Shown here: positions 29,601 through 40,582 of the stretch, one piece after another
How the letters are laid out: the number at the start of each line of letters is the position of its first letter
How positions within the stretch are numbered: position 1 is the first letter of the stretch
DNA from: an uncultured Hormoscilla sp.
Lineage (GTDB): Bacteria > Cyanobacteriota > Cyanobacteriia > Cyanobacteriales > Desertifilaceae
Assembly: GCA_963921275.4 (NCBI GenBank)
Contig: OZ001293.3
Location: 4,000,001-4,064,000 of the forward strand
DNA: 64,000 nt
Direction: 5' to 3'
Position numbers and translations under genes: made by a program
Notes under the pieces: generated by a model
Told to the model about the DNA's origin: nothing
Database searches by the model: none
The model's input: only the letters and a program-made list of their open reading frames with translations

Positions 29601-30610
29601 CCGATGCTTATTCTCAGGCTTTGAGCGATCGCGAAACAGAAGAATGCTTAAAATTTGTTAATACTGGGTTAATTGACAGATGGGCTTTGGTTTGGGGAAC
29701 TGAACCATTAACTCATCAAAGAGTTCAATTTTTAACTCCATATTTACAATTGAACAATGCTGTTCTTTCAGAAAAGCGAATTAACCAGTATATGACTCCT
29801 AAAATTATTTTCTCAAAGATCTCAAAATATCCAGAGAGTTTTTGGGATGTAACGGGAGAATATGCTTCAGCAAACACCAATTTTGTTTATGCCAAGAACT
29901 CAAACTATTCCCTTGGATATTTATCTGCTATTTTAAATAGCTGCTTAACCGCTCTGATTTATAAAGTTTATTTTGGAAGTCTTGTTATGAGTGGGGGTTA
30001 TTTCCAGTTTCAATCTCCTCAATTAAAAGTGATTCCTATCCGAAAAATCGACTTCGTTACGCCAAATCCTCGCCGCCAACAAGCCCTAGAAAGCGCGATC
30101 GCCCTCTACAACCAATACCAAACCAACGGCAACCCCGAGCCAGTGTTAGCCGAAGTCCGCGATCGCCTCAGCCAACAGCCAGAAGAAGCGGACGTTATCC
30201 ACGATCTGCTAGCCTACCTAGCGGAACAAATGCTCGAACTCAACAAGCAAAAGCAAGGGGAAATTAAAGGCTTCTTGCAATGGCTAGAACGCTTTATCGG
30301 TTGCCCTATTGACCAACTCGCCAAGAAAACCGAAATTCAGAATTACCTAGGGGACTATTATAAAGACGAAGCCCATCTCCGCTTTGATGATTTAATCGCA
30401 GTGCTGAAGAGAAATAAGAGGCAACTCACAATTGATCCTGTTGCCCGCACGGAACAAGAAACCTTAGCAAAAGAATATCAAGCCACCTTAGATACATTGC
30501 TGCCGCTGAAAATGCAACTGAAGCAGTGCGATAACCTAATAGATGCCATTGTTTATCAGCTTTATGGATTAACAGAGGAAGAAATTGCTATTGTCAACCG
30601 AAAAAAGTAA
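26675..30610 (+). pseudogene. Type IIG (Eco57I-like) fused restriction-modification enzyme interrupted by one in-frame TAG
   Basis: RPDY...AEAK nuclease motif, LTNG, GSYYTP, DPAMGSGHF and GNPPY. The two ORFs share a frame. TAG at 28526-28528 sits where SLWL is expected. Confidence 0.85.
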
Positions 30611-30636
30611 TGTAGGACTTTTTGCTATACTACATA

Positions 30637-31648
30637 ACTCAAGTTGCGACCTATAAAAATTGGATACAAAAAGCTATGATAAAGAGAATTATTTTCAACT
30701 CTAATCCCTTAGATGTAACAGCATGAATTGACTTGAGAAACAAATTTGTGATTCGACTAAAACAGGTTTCAACTTGTTTTCTTGTTACTTTTTGTATATA
30801 TTCAAAACAAGAATATTCTTTTCTTTTTGAGTTCTTTTTTCGCAAAGGTTTTAACATTATACTTTACGACTCTTTTAGTAAATACTCTAATTGATAATCA
30901 TTATAAGCTTTATCTCCATAAACTATTGAATTTGATGGTAAGTCAAAGCCAAAAGATTGCAAAACTTTAACATCATTATAACTACCAGGATCTAGATAAA
31001 ATTTTATTGGCTTTCCATTTTTGTTTACCAACATATGAACTCTTAATCCATAAAAATAACGTTTTTTACTGGCAATATAGCCTCGATATTCTTCCTTGTT
31101 ATAAATTTGGCATCTATCAATCCTAATATTATCACATACTGGCACCGGGAAACTATCAAGAATATATTCTTGACCCGGATTGAGCTCTTTAAATGTTTGA
31201 GCTATAACTTGGAAGAAAAACATCCAAATTAATTCGTCAATATTGTGTAATCGACGATTGAACCTACTTTTACTTAACAGATTTTTTATATACTTGTGTT
31301 CGACCATAAATTGACAAGAGCGATCGTGGTGTCCTCCGAAAAAATATGCAGCAACTAATCCGACTGTCATCACTTCGGCATTGTTCATTTTTACTTGTGG
31401 ATCTTCTTTTATATTTAACGCTTTTAGTAGCTCGTCACAAAGAACAAAAATTGTTGTAATCATATCTTCCATCATCTACATCCCCCAGCAATTAACTATT
31501 ATTTTAGTACATTATAACCTATAAACAGCCAACCCGCCGTCTAGCACAAAAAAAATATAATTTTGTATTAAAAGCTACGAAATATCCCAAATATCTGTAA
31601 AGTCTAAGTGGGTAATTCATATTTTTTTTAATAGGTCGCAACTTAGGT
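30637..31648 (-). mobile_element. IS982-family element, copy 2, with a nonsense mutation in the transposase
   Basis: Near-identical to 3292..4303. Target duplication TACATA at 30631-30636 and 31649-31654. TCA>TAA change at 30864-30866. Confidence 0.92.
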
Positions 31649-31866
31649 TACATAGTGGCGCGTAATACTAATATTACGTGTTACGTGTAATTATTTATAA
31701 TACAAATTCGGGTGGTAGCCGCTTACCAACCGGTGAAATCGTCATAATTTCACCCTTTCTTGACCAACTGGTTTTGACCACACCCGGGAGACTCTATCCC
31801 CCAACCCCCAACTGAAGTGAAGTGCCGCACTCAGTCAGAAAAATGCCTGACTGAGTAGGAGTTGTA

Positions 31867-32073
31867 CCTGACTACTGAGGGGAAGTGCCTGACTACTGAG
31901 GGGAAGTGCCTGACTACTGAGGGGAAGCGCCTGACTACTGAGGGGAAGCGCCTGACTACTGAGGGGAGGTACCTGAATCATTCGGAGAAGTCCCTAAATC
32001 ATTCGGAGAAGTTTCTGAATCATTCGGGGAAGACATGAATTATTCGGGGAAGTCCCTGAATCATTCGGGGAAG
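31867..32073. repeat. 21-bp tandem array in two subtypes (CCTGACTACTGAGGGGAAGTG x5, then CCTGAATCATTCGGGGAAGTC-like x5)
   Basis: Read directly. Bracketed by the direct repeat GACTCTATCCCCCAACC at about 31789 and 32114. Confidence 0.85.
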
Positions 32074-32526
32074 TACCGCAGTCAGTTGGGGGACTCTATG
32101 ACTGAGTCGGGGGACTCTATCCCCCAACCTTCAACCCCCCGCTGCCGTGCCCCCGGCCGTCGCCAAGGATAAACCGATAACATTAGCGATCCCGCGAATT
32201 TAACATCATCATATTAACCGATAATTTTACGATCGTGCCCCGACAGAAAATTGGCGATCGCCACCCGCGAATTTAACATGATAATATTAACCGATAATCT
32301 GCTGATGCCGTGCTCCTACATTTGTGGCCGGGGCACACAGTAAATTGGCATCCATAGCTAAGGGATATAAACCGAGAAAGTATCTATTGTTGTGCCCCGA
32401 CATCCATAGCTAAGGGATATAAACAGAGAAAATATCTATTGGCGATTGCCGTGCCCCGGCAGTCGCCAATATGATATGGTATGATATGATATGATAGAAC
32501 ATACAACATCACACCGAAGATATCCG

Positions 32527-33633
32527 ATGACAATATCAGGTCAAGCAACCGCCGCCGGAACTCAGAAATACAAAGGTCGCCACCGCTGCGCCCCTAACCA
32601 TTTCCGAGAAGAAAAGGGTTTAGTTTTCAGTTCCATCGGCATCGGCACCTATCTGGGGGAACCGGATGCTCGAACAGATGCCGCTGTCACTAATGCTATA
32701 GTATCGGCAGTACAGCAGGGCATCAACGTAATTGATACTGCCATTAATTATCGCTACATGCATGGGGAACGGAGTGTCAAATCAGCATTATCCCGTCTGG
32801 TCGCAGAATTTGATATATCCCGAGAAGAACTGATTATCTGCTCTAAAGGTGGTTTCATTTCTCATCCAGACCCGATCGGGTGGTTTGAGCGGGAATACCT
32901 GAATAACAGCAAATTTACCATCCCCGAGAGTGAGATAGTAGCGGGATGTCACTGCATGCACCCAGAATATCTGCAAGACCAACTCGATCGCAGCTTAGAG
33001 AATCTGGGCCTTGACACCATAGATATATATTACATTCACAATCCCGAAACCCAGCTATCCGAAGTATCCCCAGAGAAATTTTACCATCGCCTGTATCAAG
33101 CATTTACAGTGATGGAAGCAGCAGTGAAGAGTGGCAAAATCAAAGCCTACGGTTTAGCAACATGGAATGCATTCCGCCGAGGGCCAACAAAAATCAACCA
33201 CATCGACCTCGCCCATGCTAAAACATTAGCACGGCAAGCAGCAGGTGGGTCGGAAGATAACTTTAAATTCATCCAGTTGCCCTTAAACCCCACTATGCCA
33301 GAAGCTTTGATCAAAGCAACTCAATCTGTCGATAATACCCTCGTACCCGCCATAGAAGCGGCCCGACGCTTGGATATTGCCCCGATCGCCAGCGCCGCGA
33401 TCGGACAAGCAAGGAACTTGAGCAAAATACCGGCAGCAATGGTTTCTGCCTTGAATGAGAGCAATTTCACGAACGGGATGAAAGCACTGCAATTTACGCG
33501 CAGTACACCAGGTTTGCTCACCGCATTAGTAGGAATGAAAGCAACTAATCATATCACGGAAAATCTCTCCCTCACCGCGATCGATCCTCTGTCAGAACAT
33601 AGCTGGCGTGCCTTCCTGTCAGAATCAAATTAA
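32527..33633 (+). CDS. Aldo/keto reductase
   Basis: GIGTY, IDTAINY, SKGG, SLENLGLDTIDIYYIHNP and GKIKAYG motifs. Confidence 0.9.
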   Translation: MTISGQATAAGTQKYKGRHRCAPNHFREEKGLVFSSIGIGTYLGEPDARTDAAVTNAIVSAVQQGINVIDTAINYRYMHGERSVKSALSRLVAEFDISREELIICSKGGFISHPDPIGWFEREYLNNSKFTIPESEIVAGCHCMHPEYLQDQLDRSLENLGLDTIDIYYIHNPETQLSEVSPEKFYHRLYQAFTVMEAAVKSGKIKAYGLATWNAFRRGPTKINHIDLAHAKTLARQAAGGSEDNFKFIQLPLNPTMPEALIKATQSVDNTLVPAIEAARRLDIAPIASAAIGQARNLSKIPAAMVSALNESNFTNGMKALQFTRSTPGLLTALVGMKATNHITENLSLTAIDPLSEHSWRAFLSESN

Positions 33634-34020
33634 TGACAACCACATTTTAGTTACCAGTTGGCAAATGTAGGGTGTCTTGACTGATACCTACCTGTTATTG
33701 CGATTTTTCGCGCAGCGTGGGGGATCCCAAAGCGACTTTGTGGGGAACTCCATTACCAGACCCCCCGAAGCAATCTCCCCTGGACATCTCTCGATCGCCC
33801 CCCTCGCAATGACAGTTTGTGCCATGTGGTTGCCGAAATAATTGGTTAAACTATTCTTAACCTATAATCTTCATTTTTTAATGATAACATAATCTGCTCG
33901 ATATAAATTGTTGTCCCCTTGATGATACTATGGTCAGGCATCAAGCTTCTCGTGGTCAAAACCCGTCGATCGTTCATGGGCCCTCCCAGTCGTCGGATCC
34001 CCCAAACCCCCCTTAAAAAG

Positions 34021-34324
34021 CTATGCCTTACTCACATATTTTTTAACATTTGTCCGGGAGTGGAGGAGTGGGGGAGTCCGGGAGTGGGGGAGTGAGGGAC
34101 TGTCAATTGGCTTTTGGGATAAGTGTCTAGACAAAATCGATTATACATGACCATCATTGATAGTGAAACCCTGATGAATTCGTGGCGAGCAATTCTCAAT
34201 AAATCGAATAATTTATCAAGAAAGAGAGCAGCAAAAAAGTCAAGCCGCCTGGGTCAGCTAAGCATCGAAACCATTGCATCATAAGGCTTTCAAGATTGTA
34301 AAGAATTATGCGAGTAATGGTAAG
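34021..34324. mobile_element. 304-bp MITE inserted into a CCCCCTTAAAAAGGGGG palindrome
   Basis: Imperfect TIRs CTATGCCTTACTCACATA / TATGCGAGTAATGGTAAG. 10-bp duplication CCTTAAAAAG at 34011-34020 and 34325-34334. Confidence 0.75.
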
Positions 34325-34382
34325 CCTTAAAAAGGGGGGCTATGGAAGCCTTACAAGGGTAGGTTTTTTACAAAAAGGCCGT

Positions 34383-34512
34383 GACTTGACAAGGGAGACA
34401 AGGGAGACAAGGGAGACAAGGGAGACTTGCCTGACTTGCCTGACTTGCCGGACTTGCCTGACTTGTTAGACTTGCCAGACTGCCGAAGAAATGGAGTTCG
34501 GAGTTCGGAGTT
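34383..34512. repeat. Short tandem repeats (GACAAGGGA x4, GACTTGCCT-like x6, GGAGTTC x3)
   Basis: Read directly. Typical cyanobacterial short tandem repeats. Confidence 0.8.
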
Positions 34513-34851
34513 ATCTAATTTAAAAAAATATCAGATAACATTAACCATCTCATGGCGATACTTTCATGCTCATATTTGTAGTAATGATTTTTGATAAAAT
34601 TATCACTGCGCTATGAACGATCGCGCTATCCGAGAGGTATTGCAACCGCCTCTAATATTTCTGGATTTCTCTCGTTCCTTGACTCTGGCAAGGAACGTCT
34701 TTATTGAGGCAGAGCCTCCGGCCTAGGCCACCATCAGTAGACCGGGAAACCCAACTGCGATCGCTGTTATGTTTTCAGAGAATAAATAATTGATAAATAA
34801 TCTTATATTTAGTAATTATATTATCTTAAACGAGTAAGTAATTGTAATGCA

Positions 34852-35718
34852 GTGAAAACAGACAAGTTGTTTTATGAAGTATTTCTGGAGTTTCCCGAAA
34901 TATTCTTTGAACTAATCGGAGCAAAGAATGTAGATTCTAGGGCCTACGAATTTAAGAAGATCGAGCTTAAGGAGACAGCATCAAGGTTGGATGGAGCAAT
35001 GTTGCGGTTAGACAAAGATCCCAAACAGCCGATTTATTTCATCGAGGTGCAAAGCTACAACAATCCCAAAATATACGCAAATGTTTGGAAGAAAGTAGGC
35101 ATGTACCTAGAGCAAAACGATCCAATACAGGATTGGTGTGCGGTGGTGGTATATGAACGGCGAAGTTTCGCTCCAAAGGAAACAACACCGTATCGAGGGA
35201 TAATAAATTCTGGTCAACTGCGGCGGATATATTTAGACGAAATGGACCCAGCAGCTCCACAGACTAAGGAGATTGGCATCATCAAACTAATTGTCGAGAA
35301 GGCAAAGAATGCCCCTGACCGGGCCAAAGCGCTCATCGAGCAAGTGCGGTCAGAATCAACGGATGTCGAACAGATCAAAAAGATGGTAGACTTGATTGTA
35401 ACCATTATGTCGTACAAATTTGCAGATACTAGCCGAGAGGAGTTGGAAGCCATGTTAGGACTAGAGGACTTCAAAAAGACAAGGTTGGGACAAGAACTGT
35501 TGGCAGAAGGTCGCCAAGAAGGCGAAGAAGTTGGGATCGCAAAAGGTCGCCAAGAAGGTCGCCAAGCTATTCGCATTATTAGCGAGGGATTTGATAGTTT
35601 AGAAGGGCAGTTAAAATTGGTGCCAGTGCTGTTACAGCTCGGTTTTACTTTCGAGGAGGTAGCGGATCTGTTGAAAGTCGAGACCGAACAGGTGCGGCAG
35701 CTAGCTGAACCAGAATAA
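34852..35718 (+). CDS. Rpn-family (DUF2887-like) PD-(D/E)XK protein
   Basis: MKTDKLFY, ELKETASRLDG, YFIEVQ and EGRQEG repeats. Confidence 0.85.
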   Translation: MKTDKLFYEVFLEFPEIFFELIGAKNVDSRAYEFKKIELKETASRLDGAMLRLDKDPKQPIYFIEVQSYNNPKIYANVWKKVGMYLEQNDPIQDWCAVVVYERRSFAPKETTPYRGIINSGQLRRIYLDEMDPAAPQTKEIGIIKLIVEKAKNAPDRAKALIEQVRSESTDVEQIKKMVDLIVTIMSYKFADTSREELEAMLGLEDFKKTRLGQELLAEGRQEGEEVGIAKGRQEGRQAIRIISEGFDSLEGQLKLVPVLLQLGFTFEEVADLLKVETEQVRQLAEPE

Positions 35719-35775
35719 CCAGAACAGTCCCTACTGTAGGTTGGGTTGAGATACGAAACCCAACCGCCCCCATTA

Positions 35776-36645
35776 CTATATTCCTGCTTCCACAAAAGCC
35801 CTTTCCAAATCTACCAGCACTGCCAACCGTTCTCCCCATTCTCCCAAGTAATCGAAATCTAGAGCTTTACCCTGTAACTTCAACACCCCCAAAATATCCC
35901 GCCATTGTTTTTGCGACTCTCGCGCTGTCATCTTAAACCAGATCAGTTTTTGTAATATCGTATCTTCCGGGCTACACAAATACAAAGCACCCTCAATGTT
36001 TCCATCCGCAACATGCAGCGATTTCCGCCTCATTTGGGACCGAGAGAAAGCATCATCTCTCATGAGGAAAATATCTGCTTTCTCTGTAGTTTCCAGATGA
36101 ATAATATTAAATGACCAACAGCGTCCGGACATAGCATCTTCTACAGCCACCTCGCTAATATAAAACTCTCCCGAAAGCCGTTCAACAAGTCCCCTAACTC
36201 GATCGGGTTGAATGTGGGCGACCAAATCTAAATCTTCCGTGTACCTGACTTCTCCTTGCAAGGAACTTGCTACCGAACCGCCAATATAGTAAGGAATATC
36301 TAGGGATGACAAAATACCAGCCAGCTTCCGGGCTAACCAGATCGGATCTTCTAACATTAAGCCTCCTGAATATTCGATCTCCGCCAGCAACTTTGCCCCA
36401 GTTTCTCCCCAGCGTTTTCGCACATAAGCATGGCGCAATTCTTGCATAGGTGCATCAGGAAAATGCTGGCAAACTGCTTGCCAAACCAAAACCGAAACTC
36501 GCCGGAAAACCCGCCGCAAAAGGGCTTCTTTTTGTCCCGGACTCATATGTCGCCAGAGAGCAAATTGGACTAATTCTGCCTCAATGGAGGTGTCTGCAGA
36601 CTGAGTTTGATAACCGGACGGAACTTGCCGAGCGCATGTAAACAT
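35776..36645 (-). CDS. Nucleotidyltransferase-fold hypothetical protein
   Basis: YYIGGSVASSLQGEVRYTEDLDLV, SPEDTILQKL and KQWRDI motifs. Confidence 0.7.
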   Translation of the reverse strand: MFTCARQVPSGYQTQSADTSIEAELVQFALWRHMSPGQKEALLRRVFRRVSVLVWQAVCQHFPDAPMQELRHAYVRKRWGETGAKLLAEIEYSGGLMLEDPIWLARKLAGILSSLDIPYYIGGSVASSLQGEVRYTEDLDLVAHIQPDRVRGLVERLSGEFYISEVAVEDAMSGRCWSFNIIHLETTEKADIFLMRDDAFSRSQMRRKSLHVADGNIEGALYLCSPEDTILQKLIWFKMTARESQKQWRDILGVLKLQGKALDFDYLGEWGERLAVLVDLERAFVEAGI

Positions 36646-36801
36646 AGAGCAATAATAATTGTCAGTTGATAGTTGTCAGTTGATAGTTTCCCTGGCGACC
36701 CCTGGGAAGGACAAGTTAAGGATATGCCTCTAGTCAAGCATTTCAATTATATCACCTTCTGCCTCTGGGTAAACTAAACAGAAAATAGCCCCGATCGCCT
36801 G

Positions 36802-36950
36802 TTAAACGGTTGCCCTCTGCCCCTCCCGTGCCTGCAACCAAGAATCCAAATCTGACACCGTCTCCAACTCAAATATATCACTCAATGCTTCCACTCGATC
36901 TCCGGACAACTTTCCCAGGCGATCGCCTATTTGGGTAGACAACGCCCATC
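36802..36950 (-). pseudogene. DUF4351-like C-terminal remnant
   Basis: LSGDRVEALSDIFELETVSDLDSWL with no N-terminus. Confidence 0.5.
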
Positions 36951-37299
36951 TTCTCCCCGATCGCCAGGATCTTAGCCATAACAATTCACACCAGAAATGT
37001 AGGGGTGCTGAACCCTTGCATCCCTACTTGTAATAGCCAATTACACCATATCTTTATCATGACACATTATTTTAGCATTGTCAACCACTTTTTGAGATTT
37101 TTTTTGTCAAACTAAAAAATTAGCGACTTTTTATAAATCGATATAAAATGCTATCATAACGTGACTTGCAGCGGTAAAAATCGAGCAATTGTTAAATTAT
37201 TTTCCCGCCACAAGTTTAACATCGATATGCTACGATAAGAAAAGTAAAAGGTTAATGTCAGGAAACAATGTCGATGGAAGCGTTAGTCCAAGAAAAGCA

Positions 37300-37515
37300 A
37301 TGGGAATTTTGGGTTCCGTAGCGCGGGGTGAAGCAGGACCAGATAGCGATGTGGATTTTTCGATCGAACTGTAGGAAGAGCGCTCTCTAGTGGATCGGAT
37401 AGCGCTGATGCAAGACTGAGAAGACCTGTTGGGCCCAAAAGTAAAAGTGGCCAATGTGAAAGGACTGCGGGACTATTGCCGCGATCGCATACTCCAAGAA
37501 GCAGTTGCATTATGA
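37300..37515 (+). pseudogene. Minimal nucleotidyltransferase (MNT antitoxin) remnant
   Basis: GSVARGEAGPDSDVDF ... EDLLGPKV ... RDRILQEAVAL, with a stop and a frameshift. Confidence 0.7.
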
Positions 37516-37733
37516 CAGAGGTAAGAGATCCTCCCCGTTAACCTTACCTTAACTGAACTGCCTACTGGCGATCAGGGCCAGGGGCAGCAGAGGTACATTG
37601 CCAAGTTTTATCCTTTCGACTCCCATTCCTTAATATGCTGTTCGCCAATCCTCTCTATAGTAAAATAGACCCAGCCTGGTTAGTAGAGAACTAGCTGATG
37701 CTCTAGCAGGACAACAGATAGAGGAGAACACCG

Positions 37734-37835
37734 ATGAGTACAGCCGTTATTGCCGATAAAAAGCCTGCGGTTCTCACCCTGGAACCGGGCACCTATAAGG
37801 TAGGAAAGCTCAGATATGATACCACTGTCTGCTAA
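37734..37835 (+). pseudogene. N-terminal remnant of a CDGSH iron-sulfur protein
   Basis: RBS GAGGAG. MSTAVIADKKPAVLTLEPGTY, then unrelated sequence with no WCxC/CDGSH. Confidence 0.5.
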
Positions 37836-37876
37836 AAGGTAACGAACTTTAGTAAATTAAAGAAAGGAGAAAGGTA

Positions 37877-38527
37877 ATGAGTCTGACAGAAGCATTGACC
37901 AAGCAACTGGAACAGAATCGGTCGAAAATACCCTCAGAAAAATTAGCTGTGATGGAGCAAGCAACGGCAAACTTGGCCAGTTCGGGGATTGTGGACCGCA
38001 GTTTGAAAGCAGGTGATCGCATGGAGGACTTCAGCTTACCCAACGCCCTGGGCAAAACAATTGCGATCGCACCAATTTTAGCACGAGGTCCAGTAGTAAT
38101 TTCCTTCTACCGAGGAGGGTGGTGTCCCTACTGTAATCTGGAACTGCGGGCATTGCAACAGGCTTTACCAGAGATGAAAGCATTAGGGGCCCAACTGGTC
38201 ACCATTTCACCTCAAACTCCTGATAACTCCCTATCAACCGCAGAAAAGAACGAACTCACCTTTGAAGTTCTCAGCGATGTGGGCAATCATGTAGCCAGGA
38301 AATTCGGCTTAGTTTACCAACTACCGTTACGTCCCATTTACGCCAGCTTCGGCGTTGACTTGCCCGCATATAACGGAGATGATACCTTTGAACTGCCGAT
38401 CGCAGCTACCTATGTCATAGCGCCCGATCGCACTATCATCCACGCCTTTGTTGACGCAGATTATACCAAGCGACAGGATCCAGCGAAGATTGTCGAAGTT
38501 CTCAAAACCATGAAAGTCGCAGCCTAA
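37877..38527 (+). CDS. Peroxiredoxin-like AhpC/TSA family protein
   Basis: FYRGGWCPYCNLEL motif. Confidence 0.9.
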   Translation: MSLTEALTKQLEQNRSKIPSEKLAVMEQATANLASSGIVDRSLKAGDRMEDFSLPNALGKTIAIAPILARGPVVISFYRGGWCPYCNLELRALQQALPEMKALGAQLVTISPQTPDNSLSTAEKNELTFEVLSDVGNHVARKFGLVYQLPLRPIYASFGVDLPAYNGDDTFELPIAATYVIAPDRTIIHAFVDADYTKRQDPAKIVEVLKTMKVAA

Positions 38528-38814
38528 AGGTTCTCAGAAAGGAACGGAACCCTTACAGGAGAGCCCGCCCAGGCGGGCTTTGTATCTGTAGCCGCACCAT
38601 AAATGGTGCGGGTTAGGGTGCGGGGGTGACGGTGGCAGATAATTCTGTTGCAGGTAAATCCCAAATGAATCGTAAAATCCCAAGATCCATCACTTCATAG
38701 GCTGTAAAATTTACCATTACATGTAACAGTAAGAAAAAAATAAGGAAAACTATGCAGCAACTGCATGTAGAACGAAACGGGTCTCGGCAACAAAAGAACC
38801 CGATCGGGACACAG

Positions 38815-39567
38815 CAATGGGATATGTCCAAACCCCAGTTGGAACTGGAAGCCGTAGATCAGCAACTAGCGGACGCCCACGCGACAGAGATCGTCGAGTG
38901 GGCGGTCCAGACCTTCGGGAATGGCTTAGTAATGAGTAGTAGCTTTGGCATCCAGTCTGCGGTCATGCTACATATGGTCACCAGCGTCGTACCCGATATC
39001 CCAGTAATTTGGGTTGATACTGGCTACCTACCACCAGAGACCTATAAATTTGCCGAGGAAATAACTCAACGACTACAGCTAAACCTGAAAATATATCAGT
39101 CTGGCATCTCTCCAGCACGCATGGAAGCCTTGTATGGCCGCCTCTGGGAACAGAACGACGTGGAAGCCTTCAACCGCTACGACCAGATCCGCAAGGTAGA
39201 ACCCATGCAGCGGGCCTTACAGGAACTCAAGGCCACAGCATCCCTAGCAGGACTGCGGGCAGATCAAACAGACCACCGCAAAACCTTGCGCTTCGTCAAC
39301 CTACAATCAGGTCGATATAAAGTGTTGCCTATTCTCAAATGGAACTCCAGAGACATATACCAATACCTTACCGCCCACGACCTTCCCTATCATCCCTTAT
39401 TCGACCAGGGTTACGTCACCGTGGGTGATTGGCATTCCAGTCGTCCCCTCACTTTCGCTGACCCAAGCGATCGGGACACCCGTTTCCGTGGACTCAAGCA
39501 AGAGTGCGGCCTGCACCTGCCCCAGACCAAAGGTGAAGCAGAAAGCCTCAACTCCAGTACCTTGTGA
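38815..39567 (+). CDS. cysH: Phosphoadenylyl-sulfate (PAPS) reductase; start uncertain (ATG at 38752 or 38824)
   Basis: [25 protein letters not shown] and ECGLH motifs. Confidence 0.92.
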   Translation, partial: QWDMSKPQLELEAVDQQLADAHATEIVEWAVQTFGNGLVMSSSFGIQSAVMLHMVTSVVPDIPVIWVDTGYLPPETYKFAEEITQRLQLNLKIYQSGISPARMEALYGRLWEQNDVEAFNRYDQIRKVEPMQRALQELKATASLAGLRADQTDHRKTLRFVNLQSGRYKVLPILKWNSRDIYQYLTAHDLPYHPLFDQGYVTVGDWHSSRPLTFADPSDRDTRFRGLKQECGLHLPQTKGEAESLNSSTL

Positions 39568-39591
39568 TTGTCGATCGTTCCATCAGTCAAA

Positions 39592-39625
39592 CTAAAAGAC
39601 CGCCCATTTCTAGGCGGTCTTTTAG
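39592..39625. terminator. Bidirectional intrinsic terminator between cysH and psbJ
   Basis: CTAAAAGACCGCC-loop-GGCGGTCTTTTAG between convergent genes. Confidence 0.75.
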
Positions 39626-39644
39626 ATATAGTGGATCTATACCG

Positions 39645-39764
39645 TTACATAGAGGAACCTACACCGACGTAGGCACCATAGAAGAACAGACCCACAACCA
39701 CGAGTACGCCTGTACCGGCTACTGTTGCTACAATCCACAGAGGGATTCTTCCACCTCCAGACAC
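39645..39764 (-). CDS. psbJ: Photosystem II protein J
   Basis: GTG start with RBS AGGAGG. Translates to [39 protein letters not shown]. Not in the ORF track. Confidence 0.95.
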   Translation of the reverse strand: MSGGGRIPLWIVATVAGTGVLVVVGLFFYGAYVGVGSSM

Positions 39765-39839
39765 AGCTTTTTCCTCCTGACTTATTTATACGACCTTCTC
39801 CAGTTATATCAGATCCGTTTGATCGACCACGGTAAAAAG

Positions 39840-39942
39840 GGATCCCCCCCAGCCCCCCTTAATAAGCTTAATAAGGGGGGAGCAAAGATCCCCCCCTCGT
39901 TCCCAGGCGGAGCCAGGAAACGTAAGGGGGCTAGGGGGGATC
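39840..39942. repeat. REP-like palindrome between psbL and psbJ
   Basis: GATCCCCCC...CTTAATAAG...GGGGGGATC with an internal CTCGTTCCCAGGCGGAGCC. Confidence 0.7.
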
Positions 39943-39973
39943 GGGAAGTGCGTGCAATTACCCAGAGAAGATA

Positions 39974-40093
39974 TTAGTTGAAGAAATAACTGGAAAACAG
40001 AATCCCGAGAACGAAAATCAACAGCAGACCCAAGTAAAGTGAAGTCCGGTTTAACTCTACTGGCTGCTTATTCGGATTGGAATTGCGATCCAT
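39974..40093 (-). CDS. psbL: Photosystem II protein L
   Basis: [39 protein letters not shown]. Confidence 0.97.
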   Translation of the reverse strand: MDRNSNPNKQPVELNRTSLYLGLLLIFVLGILFSSYFFN

Positions 40094-40101
40094 GGTTCCT
40101 C

Positions 40102-40278
<177 letters not shown>

Positions 40279-40527
40279 TTACTTACCAATAAACTCCTCG
40301 ATTTGCCCGCTTCCCCCGAAGCGGTCTGTCACAATTGGCAATTCCTGCCGATCCTGAGTAAAATACTCATTGGGTCGGGGGGTGCCAAATACATCATATG
40401 CCAAGCCCGTGCTCACAAATAGCCAGCCCGAAATAAACAACAATGGGATAGTGAAACTGTGAATCACCCAATAGCGAACGCTAGTAATAATATCCCCAAA
40501 GGGACGTTCTCCAGTTGAACCTGACAT
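40279..40527 (-). CDS. psbE: Cytochrome b559 alpha subunit
   Basis: [24 protein letters not shown]. Confidence 0.98.
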   Translation of the reverse strand: MSGSTGERPFGDIITSVRYWVIHSFTIPLLFISGWLFVSTGLAYDVFGTPRPNEYFTQDRQELPIVTDRFGGSGQIEEFIGK

Positions 40528-40582
40528 TTTTTCTTACTCCTCTCTACAGCAATTGGACCAACAGGTACTATGAAACCCAACA

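Noticed and set aside
31867..32073. Possible CRISPR array
   Set aside because: The units are contiguous 21-mers without unique spacers, and there are no cas genes in the window. The same applies to 2657-2793.
39564..39977. 137-aa plus-strand ORF
   Set aside because: It is antisense to psbJ and runs through a terminator and a REP element.
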